The notes under the pieces: generated by a model
Told to the model about the DNA's origin: nothing
The model's input: only the letters and a program-made list of their open reading frames with translations
Database searches by the model: none
Assembly: GCF_009914755.1 (NCBI RefSeq)
Contig: NC_060934.1
Origin: the human T2T-CHM13v2.0 reference genome, Homo sapiens
Length of the DNA stretch: 64,000 nucleotides
Direction: 5' to 3' (one strand)
Position numbers and translations under genes: made by a program
Shown: one piece after another, positions 53,467 through 64,000 of the stretch
How the letters are laid out: each line of letters begins with the position of its first letter
Numbering within the stretch: the first letter of the stretch is position 1

Positions 53467-55591
53467 GTAAGTTACAAGTGTAAAATTAACATTCATCTAC
53501 TTATCTGGTATGAAAGCATCATTTTTGGAGATGTACAAAGACTGATGTTTTTCTTCATCTCACTTTTTCTCATTTCTAATTTTGAATTTATTAGAGGAAA
53601 AAAATATTTATTTTTGTCCCCTGCCCTAAGAGGAGATTCAGCATTTAACATTGCCTTTGTTTCCACTAGCTGTGCTAAACTTCCCCACTGACTTTTATAG
53701 ATTAAAATTTTTGAATTCTGATTTTTACTTGTGAAAATCGCAATGATCCTAAAGTTCAGGCAATTGAATGCATTAAAAATTTGGGCACAAAAGCTGGATA
53801 CTCATTTTAAATACATTTTCCTGACTTAGGTGCTGTGCATTCTCATTCAGCAGTAAAATCGGAGTGTTTTTCTTATGCAGGTGAAGATGTCTCCCATCCT
53901 GGTTAAGAGCCAAGGCTCCGGGGGAAGCTTTAGCTATGAGACTGAGAAACTTCTTTAATCTTACTCAAATTTCTCTCTCCCAGTCTCTAAAATAAGGCTT
54001 TAAAGTATTTCATAGGGTTGTTTTAAAGATCAATAGATCCAATAATGTAAGTAAAGCATGTAATGTCATTGATACATAGTAATTTATTTAGAAGATGTCG
54101 GCTGTTATTAAGAAATTACAACTGAATAAAAGTTTATTTTAAGTAATTTGATGTATTCAAAATAGGTTTCTTTCTTTTTCCTATAGCAATAATCTGTATA
54201 TTATTGCTTTGGCAGGCTTTTTTGTTTGTTTTGGCATTCATTTTCAGATAGCCTTTATTTTTAATATGCCAAGATTACTCTCTCTAGGCTTGGTGAGTAA
54301 CTACTTGAAAAATATGTGGTAAAAATATAAATTGCTCTACAAATACATTTTGCACTTGTGTGTAAGTATCACTTCTATATATTAAGCCATAGGCTGGTTA
54401 AGTTCACTAGTTAATTTATCTCTCACCCTGTGCCAAAATGACTTAAGATTACTTCTTAAGTATCTTAAGAGAACTTTCTATTTTTTATGTATTCCCTCTC
54501 ATAAACAAGAAATTATTTGGCAGTCTGAATAGTTTTATAAGTTATGTTTTATATTTCTTAAGTTTTCTCTCATATGAATTATATGTATATCTTGAGTATT
54601 GGGGAAATACATTATTTCTTCAAGTAGAACCGCTCTGGGTGCTTTCACATCTATTAATTCCTGGACTCTTACTACAATTCTGGCAGTAGTAATATTCCCA
54701 TTTTACAAATAAGGAAAACTGAGTCCCACACCAATTTAAATAAAGTTACTCAAGCTCACCCAACTAGGACATGGCAGTCGGGATTTTAATGCAATAAAAA
54801 TTCCTCTTTCTAGTCTTGTGAACTAACTTTATTTTAAATTTCAAAGCCTTTTAATAAAATTATGTTTGTAAAATGAAATGTAAAATGAAAATAGTACATA
54901 ATTGTATGTCTATTCCTATTGAAATATATTTAATATAGAAAAGGTGATTGAATGTATGCAACAATCACAAATTATTAAAATGATTTTTCAGACCCTAACA
55001 ATCTCTTAAAATCCTTATAGTTTCACCTGTTTTATTTACACACAAGAAAATGCTGCAATATAAGTGAAACTTTGTTTCAAAAAAGATTTAAGACAGCTTA
55101 AAAGTGAATGAAGGCAGCCAAGGGGAAGTTACTTGCCCAAAGCCATACAGATAGTCCAGTAACTCCTGGTCCAGGGGCCCTAATTACCCTAAATGTTGAT
55201 GTTTTTCATCCTGAGTCTTGATTTTAACAGTTTGCCTAGTACTTTTAATGACAAAGTAAAAGTAAAATAAAACTGTCTTATGCATGCCAGCTATTATTAT
55301 ATTATCATTTACCATGTCTTGTGTAATATTAATAACTTAATATTCTACTACTTAATATTTCAAAAACTTAGAAACACTGACATTTCTACCCATCCTATAC
55401 AATATTATTAGCATTTGGATTTTGGTACATAGTAGAGATCTAAGTTTTGGATGCCAACCCATGTTGGTCACTTCAGGGAATAGTTGTACATTTTTATTGT
55501 CAATTTTTATGTGTAAAGTACAAAATTAAATCTTTTATTAGGTCTGATATAAATGAAGTCTTTGACCCAAGTGAATGTTTACTTTTTTCAG

Positions 55592-55757
55592 TGCTGAATT
55601 CATAACTCTCAATGATTGCCTTCAGTTGGCATACCTGCCTTCAAAAAGGAATCACATGTTGTTGCTCTATCCTCGAGAGATTTTAATCCTTGACCTTGAG
55701 GTGAATCAGACGGTGGGTGTGATTGCAATAGAACGCACAGGAGTTCCATTTTTACAG
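55592..55757 (+). CDS. WDR11: WDR11 exon 6 (SAEFITLNDCLQL...ERTGVPFLQ), 166 nt
   Basis: Acceptor ttttttcag|T, donor CAG|gtatct; cumulative 879 nt. Confidence 0.97.
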
Positions 55758-56174
55758 GTATCTACAATTCATAAATTATATTCCCCAAAATTATTAAGAA
55801 TGTTATATTAAAAGAAGGCCATAATCTTGCATAAGTCTTGTCTTCAGTTCTCCACTTTCTCTTTTCAATTTATCAAAAGACTAGCAACACTATTTTAGAT
55901 TGTTTTTTTTGTCTGCACTTTTGATTGGTTTGATTTACCCTAGAAATTGTGACTGATCCTGAGATATTTATTGAACTATTTAAGTCACATGGGTAAAGAC
56001 AAATTATTTTAGGATTATAAATGGATATTTTAAATGTACATTTAGTTTTAAAGTTTGGGATTTGTCTATTTTTTTTTCTTTTGCCCATATTATCTAAATA
56101 TGAGTTTGAGTTTCACAGTATATACTTTATTAATCTATTGTGTTTTAAAAAATAAATATATCATCTATTTAAAG

Positions 56175-56289
56175 GTAATACCCTGCTTTCAGCGTGATGG
56201 TTTATTTTGTCTACATGAAAATGGTTGTATAACTTTACGTGTTCGAAGATCTTATAATAACATTTTTACCACTTCAAATGAGGAACCAG
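56175..56289 (+). CDS. WDR11: WDR11 exon 7 (VIPCFQRDGLFCLHENGCITLRVRRSYNNIFTTSNEEP), 115 nt
   Basis: Acceptor tttaaag|GTA, donor CCAG|gtgagt; cumulative 994 nt. Confidence 0.96.
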
Positions 56290-57113
56290 GTGAGTTTCTG
56301 TCTCACAATAATGTTATATTTTTCTTCAAAATTATTTTATAAAGCTTGATGTGGCAAATACCAGCCAAGGTATATAGTTAATGATACTCCTTGCTTTGAG
56401 GAAGTTTAAAATATGGTTATAATAAGAGGCATAAAAAGTATAAGCCCAAGATTAATCTCTTGATGTTAAAACAGTGCACCTCCTGTATACATCAAAGAGA
56501 GTAAAATTTTGTGTTTCTTGATCATATCCATGAGCCAAGTAGATATTATCTTTTGGAATTTTTTTTTTTTTTCAGTACAAGTCCAACCTTGTGTGCCTTT
56601 ATTATTATACCCCCTTGACTTGTTGGCTGTAAGAACTTCCATTGTAAAGTGACAGAGGTTATTAAGTCTCAGTTGTCAAGTCAGTCTTATCTTGGAGAAT
56701 GGAAATAATGTTTTTGTGAAATTATATACTGTGTAAAGATCAAAGTGATTTTCACATCTTTTGGAAAGTACAGTTATTTTCAGGCTTATAGACTACTACA
56801 AATTATGATGGAAATTTATTCATTAATTATATATCACTGTTGATCCTTTTTCAAAGTATCGTCTTTATTTTAAAATATTGAAAAAAGATATCTTGATTAT
56901 AGTTGTTATTTTGGAAATTAAACTTAGTACAGTCATTAAGTAAATTATATTTGGAAAAAATTTAGTAGTAATTGTAAAAAGTGAAGCCATGCTTGACATT
57001 GCATTCATGAAGGAGTGATGCCCAAATTTAGTTGAGGTTTTATTTAAATTGAAACAAACAGTAGTGGTATCGATATGGCTGCTTTCTGATATTTAAAACA
57101 ATTTTATGTGAAG

Positions 57114-57309
57114 ATCCAGATCCAGTTCAGGAGCTTACCTATGATTTACGAAGCCAGTGTGATGCAATCAGGGTGACAAAAACCGTCCGTCCCTTCAGTA
57201 TGGTGTGCTGTCCTGTCAATGAGAATGCAGCCGCCCTCGTAGTGAGTGATGGCAGGGTCATGATATGGGAACTCAAGTCTGCAGTTTGTAATCGAAATTC
57301 ACGGAACAG
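57114..57309 (+). CDS. WDR11: WDR11 exon 8 (DPDPVQELTYDLRSQCD...SAVCNRNSRN), 196 nt
   Basis: Acceptor tgtgaag|AT, donor ACAG|gtaaat; cumulative 1190 nt; absent from the ORF track but reads through without a stop. Confidence 0.96.
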
Positions 57310-57610
57310 GTAAATGAATCAACAGGATCATGGTTTTGTTTTTTGTTTCCTGTTTCCTTTTATAAAAAATTTCCATAATCATAAAAATAGGAGGGCTGGT
57401 TTTCTATAAAAATATTTTTAAGGTAATAATTAAGGCTTTAGATTATTAGGGAATTATGTAAATCTGCTAGAGCTATTTCACCTATGGGTAAGATGAATGA
57501 ATAATATAAAAATAGATAGAATGCCATAATCTGGACTTAATACTTTGAATTCCTAATACGTAATGCAGATTTTAAGTATGTAAAACCTTCTAATTATTAT
57601 GTCTTTGCAG

Positions 57611-57714
57611 TAGTTCTGGTGTGTCACCTTTATATTCACCAGTGTCTTTCTGTGGAATTCCTGTAGGAGTGCTACAGAATAAACTCCCAGACCTTTCCTT
57701 AGATAACATGATTG
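57611..57714 (+). CDS. WDR11: WDR11 exon 9 (SSSGVSPLYSPVSFCGIPVGVLQNKLPDLSLDNMI), 104 nt
   Basis: Acceptor tttgcag|T, donor ATTG|gtaagc; cumulative 1294 nt. Confidence 0.96.
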
Positions 57715-58658
57715 GTAAGCTTTTTTCCCCTCTAACTCCATGTTAAGTATTCTTTCTGAAGGGCAAAATTAATAGAATCACTCACTTGTAATTATTTTAA
57801 AGTCAAAAAAGTTAATACTTGAGAAAACTAGAACATGGAATCATTCTTTCCTAAATAAATCAGAGGGGTTTAAAATACTTAGGTAGAAAAGTGCCTGAAG
57901 TAGCACGGGTTTGCATTATAGTTGTTAGAAATAGAAAACGTTCATTCGTGAGAGACTGATGTAAATGAAAGCAATGACATTAGGCATCTGGATTTTGGAC
58001 CTAGAGCCGATGCTGAGCTATGCCATGCCAACTCAGGGCCTTGCTGTTTGCTGGTTCCTCAGCTTGGAATGAAGTACATGCTTCCTTTCTGTCTGCTACT
58101 CCTAATTCAAAATTCAACTCAGATGTTGTTTTCTTTAATCTCCCAAGTCTAATTTAAATGCTCTTCTTTTGTTTTTCCTAACAGTTATCAGCATATTTTA
58201 ATTGTGGGTTTTTTTCTTCTGTTTCATCTCATCAATTGTAAGCATCACAAGGGTGGTACAGTGTTTGATTCTATTTTGTCTTTCCCAGCACTCAGCACAG
58301 TACCTTGTGCATGCCTGTTTTGTAGTAAATATTTACTGAAGGAATAAAGTAACTGAGCAGTATTAGAAAAGATTATTTTAACTTTTTGACATGAATTATT
58401 TTTATGTTGGGGATTCTTTCAAAAAATCATTTTTGGAGATAAAGTGTTCAAAGTTATTTAATTATGAGGCCAGTATGTATTAAAGGAAGAATGAGAGTTT
58501 GTGATTTCAAATTTTATGCTACTTGAAATTATAAGGCTTTGTAAATATGCCAAGCAATTTGGACATCTAATTTTTTTACAGTTGTGGCTATGGTTTATAA
58601 AGGATTTTCTGTTTTATTATTTATTCTACCATAATATAATTGAAAACGATATTATTTA

Positions 58659-59024
<366 letters not shown>

Positions 59025-59049
59025 TTATTAATTACATTAATTAGATCAC

Positions 59050-59280
59050 ATTTATTGGGTACTTCATACTGTGTTAAGTGCTGTGCTAAATATTCTACAT
59101 ATTACCTTGGTACAGCTTTGCAATGTAAGTAATATTATCTCCATTTGATACATATGAGAACTGAGGCCCAGAGAGATTAAAACTTTAAACCACACAGTCA
59201 CACAGTCACACAATGGAAGAGCCCAAGTGTGACCCGGGTAATCCTGGCTCCAGAGCCTGCTCCTTAGCAATGGCCTCCAG
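59050..59280 (-). mobile_element. MIR SINE
   Basis: tgagaactgaggcccagagagattaaa; ctggctccagagcc. Confidence 0.7.
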
Positions 59281-59643
59281 TCCTGACAGCTCCACTGTCA
59301 TCTTGGGTAAGACCATCATTCATCTCTAGGCCTCAGTTTTTTCACGATTTCTGCCAGTTATGAAATCCTTTTGTTCAGTGATACTTACTATTATATCTAA
59401 AATTATTTCTCTCCACTGTCTATTCTACCAGACATAAATCCATATGAGGGAGCCTGGACACATGTTTTGCAAAATTTATTTTATCAGTAACACAATTTTT
59501 TGAGTTAATTCACCTTGTCTACTCTTAATATGAAAACTTAAAGTGAAAAGAATTATAAACACACACAAGAACAGCACTAATCAGTTATATGGAGCCCATA
59601 GGAGTTTGAAATTTTATGCTGTTTAGGTATCTAAGTGATATAA

Positions 59644-60059
<416 letters not shown>

Positions 60060-60208
60060 TTAATTTAAACTTTTAATTAAACTTTTAATTTGAAATTCAC
60101 TGTGTTCTTAGTGAAAATTCAAAGCAATTCAGGTAAATAAAGAGGCTGATTTATATTCACTGGATAAATGCTGATACTTATTAAGGCCTAATCTGCCCTA
60201 CATTGTGA

Positions 60209-60631
<423 letters not shown>

Positions 60632-61713
60632 TCCATCTTTTTTTAACCAAAGTTATGTAGAGAGATTGATATTGAGTATGTGGCTAATCCTAAGGGATCA
60701 TTTTAATAGGATTAAAATGCTATTTTTTCTATATATTTTGTGGATTTTAAAATAACATTATTAAAACAACTTTACAGCTTCAAAAGGTTGTATTTATCAC
60801 CCACTCTTAGTAATTATTTATACTTTTCCTTTCACACTATATACATGTTTGTGTTTATGTGTGTGTAGACATGTATGTATATACTCATGCATATTCTTTC
60901 TATTTTTGGCAAGTTAATCCCAATATTCTGTAGTGGTTTATAGGAAGGAAATTTGTATACCTTTTTAATGAACAGTCTTGATTTCATTGTACTGTTTAGA
61001 TTTAGCTTTTGTTAGAATGATTTTTATTGGAGTCATCTTTTTAGTTTGAGACTTGCTAACCTAAGTACGAATGGTATATGTGAAAATAATGCCATTGAAG
61101 TCTTAACTATTGACAGTGATGGTGTATATATTATACACGTGATTTATGAATATATATATTTGTATTTGTTTTATATTTACTTATAAAACATTTTGTAATT
61201 ACACTGACACATTAAGGTTTCTTATTAGAAATTATGAATAAGTTATTTAAATCTGTTTTTCATGAATACCAATTTTGTATGTACTTTACAGAGTACATCA
61301 GATTGAAAAGTAACCCTTTCAAAAGGCAGTAAAATGAGAAAAATGTGGTACAGTAGTTCACTCTGCAGAAACTGTTCTCTAATGCAAGTTCTCTTGCTTT
61401 GTTCTGAAGCCTGTGTAGTGCTTTAATACCAGGAACATTGACTGAAACAGTGTTTCTTAGAAGACATAGGTCCCTGCATTCTGGATAGCAGGACTCGGGA
61501 GTAATCTATCCTTTGAGGTGTTAGTTGATGCAATTTAAGTCCTATAGCCAGGTACAGAGTCATTGTGTCCTTAATAACTACAGCCACTAAAGTACTACAT
61601 TAACTACATTATACTTTTGGACCTGAAGAGCATTTCTACTGAAAATTTTCTTTAGCTTTTTAAGATCAGCATACACTGTAGTTAATATATTTGTTATTTT
61701 TATTACAAATCAG

Positions 61714-61890
61714 GGCAAAGTGCAATTGCTGGGGAAGAACATCCCAGAGGTTCAATTCTGCGGGAAGTGCACCTCAAGTTCCTGCTGACGGGACTGCTTT
61801 CAGGACTGCCCGCACCACAGTTTGCTATTCGTATGTGTCCACCGTTGACCACAAAAAACATCAAGATGTATCAGCCACTGCTGGCTGTTG
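61714..61890 (+). CDS. WDR11: WDR11 exon 10 (GQSAIAGEEHPRGSILREVHLKFLLTG...MYQPLLAV), 177 nt; gene continues beyond window
   Basis: Acceptor aaatcag|GG, donor GTTG|gtgagt; cumulative 1471 nt. Confidence 0.96.
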
Positions 61891-64000
61891 GTGAGTATTT
61901 GACCTGGTCTTTTTTTTTTTAACTCACTTTATAAGATGTTTAGGTTTTCTAGTTTCTAGAAGATCCTTTATTCTTTTTGAGGATGCTTTAAAAGGAGATA
62001 GAGACTAAGTGAAACTGTAAATACTCATCCTGGAACTTAAAAAAAAAAAATTTCTGTCCTTTTATTCCAACTGTCTTATATTGAATTGGAATGCTGAGTC
62101 TTCATCCACCTGAGACTGGACAGTCGAGTCTCTGACGCTGTCCATTCATCTCGGAAATACCAGGAGGCTCATCCCTGCAGTGCTGAATCCCAGGCTCCTT
62201 GTCTGTAATTGGACCACCCCAGTCTTTATGTCATGTCAGTTTTCGTTGGGTCTTTATTGACTAAAAATATAGTCAGGGTTAATAGCTTAATAATAGCAGG
62301 GTTCTTCTTTTGCCAAGAGTTATATATTAAATATTATTTAAAGTGGCTATGGTCCCTAGAAATTAAGATTTGCCTTTTGGTGTGAAATTGTGTATTTGTA
62401 TGTTATAGGTAGAAAAATTTATCTGGGTTCCAACTTGCTGTCACATTGATTTCATAGTAATGTGATGAACCTAATTTTCTTTACAGCATAGAGAAAAAAA
62501 CAAAATTTAGTTTGCTATTAAGTACACATTATTAAAATACATTTCTCCAAAACTTCTGAAAAACAGTGTATTTGTTTGAAACTCAACATTTCTTCTTAAG
62601 ATGCTATCGGCTGGCTTCTGGCTTTCTCCCCCAGTCTATTAACATGTGATTTGTGGTGAAAACCTCACCATATTTATTCTGTGGCCAACATGGCTGACTT
62701 CTCAGTGTTAAAGACTCATTTGGGTATTACTGTTTGGTAGTACCCTTCTGTTTTTTTCTGTGCCTATCTTTTGAAAGCGATTTGATTTTTATGATTCAAT
62801 TGTCTATATATGTGTCCCGATTTATATAATGCAGATAAATGTTTAATTTTTGCTTTAGAAACTGTTGATTAATATTTCACCACTAATAGATTTTAATTAG
62901 GATTCATCAGTGTGCTTCATATGTGCATGTATGTATTATGTCAGTGTTCCTGATTTGTCAGTTAGGATTTTGTCAATTTCTTGGGGAAAACTACTTCTTG
63001 GGATAGCTATGTAATAAGAGCTATGGCAAGGTCTGAGCTTTCCATTGTAGAATAAGCTGTATTGGTATGTAGTGAATATCATTTACTGAATTTAGTATAA
63101 CAAAGTAAAAATATAAAATAAGTACCTAAAAGTTTGTCTAGAGGTGTCACTAAGAAAGATAAATAAGAGTTCAGCTATGGAATTAATTCTCCTTGTGGTG
63201 CCCCTAGTGCATTAGATCATAGGTTCAGCATTGTTAAAACTTTCAGATTGCAGAAATCATTGGATTATTATGAAGTTCTGTTAATTGAAAAATTTTAGTA
63301 ATTTAGTTATTTTCTCAGTGCCAAAAGGTATTATTATGAAATAGATGATAAATGTAAACAACTGTACAATGTGTTTTTCTAGAATAGTTTTGCAAAAGAT
63401 TTCTGGAGTTTTATTCAGCAAATAAGATAATATTGGAATTTGCCCAGCATTTTTACTTCCACTCTGTTGCTTTGCATGAATTCATTAATCTTTAAATCAT
63501 GTGCAGTGCAAAAGTGATTGTCCATATAGACTGTTCACTTTTCTTGCTTAACTTATAAAAACACTATAGAGACTGAAGCTTTACTTTCTCATGTATGTCC
63601 GTGTCCTTTACATTTAAACTTTAGACATACTACCTGAGACCATGAAAAGCTTTAGAATAATACCTGTAAACTATTAATTATAGTGATGACAGAATACTAA
63701 TAGTTAACCAAGTGCTTACTTTGTGCCAATTACTGTGCTTAGTGCTTTATGTTTCCCCATTTAATCTCCAACAACTAGATTTTCTACTCTTCCCATTTTA
63801 AAGAGATGAAAACACAGATTTAGTGTGGGCAAGTAATTCATCCAAGAGTATAAGGAAGAGCCAGGGCTTAAGCCCAGGTTTCTTTAATTGCAGAAACCAC
63901 AGTTAACCATTATACTTTACTCTCTTGTCAGGATTTATTTAATAAAAGAGACAAAACAAAAAGAAAACTTTGGAAAGAAAAATGGATAACCCTGGTTAGT

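Noticed and set aside
53865-53890. ttttcttatgcag|gtgaag as a cryptic exon or recursive site in intron 5
   Set aside because: Short 2.1-kb intron, runs into a MIR-like relic, no convincing downstream donor; such motifs are frequent by chance
55758-56174. Intron 6 as a U12 minor intron (GTATC start, poor pyrimidine tract)
   Set aside because: Donor is GTATCTAC, not GTATCCTT, and I found no TCCTTAAC-type branch site near the acceptor

Overview
Primate genomic DNA, almost certainly human chr10q26.1. The right third holds the CpG-island promoter and first 10 coding exons of WDR11 (+ strand; ATG at 41969; 1471 coding nt spliced in frame, about codons 1-490; the gene continues past the window). About 0.85 kb upstream of the ATG, in the same orientation, lies a 5.57-kb two-LTR HERV-H provirus of the common internally deleted type (35544-41109). 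It has LTR7Y-like LTRs, a CTAAC target-site duplication, a tRNA-His PBS, and dead gag/pro/pol with G-to-A scars. The left 35 kb has no supportable coding gene. It is rich in Alu, L1, L2, MIR, MaLR/ERV LTRs and DNA transposon relics, and from prior knowledge lies under the divergent lncRNA WDR11-DT/WDR11-AS1. Most ORFs in the supplied track are spurious. I cannot demonstrate a new biological system here. The best leads are: (1) a gapless 254-bp, about 81%-identical inverted duplication whose arms were each later split by a different transposon; (2) the LTR7Y provirus abutting the WDR11 bidirectional promoter, with a 50-codon leader ORF in frame with WDR11 exon 3 and a two-way poly(A) hairpin; (3) splicing oddities in WDR11 (recursive-splice-type exon 7, NAGNAG at exon 9, a uORF); (4) a CTCF-like motif fused to a palindrome. 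Repeat subfamily names come from memory of consensus sequences, not from a database search.
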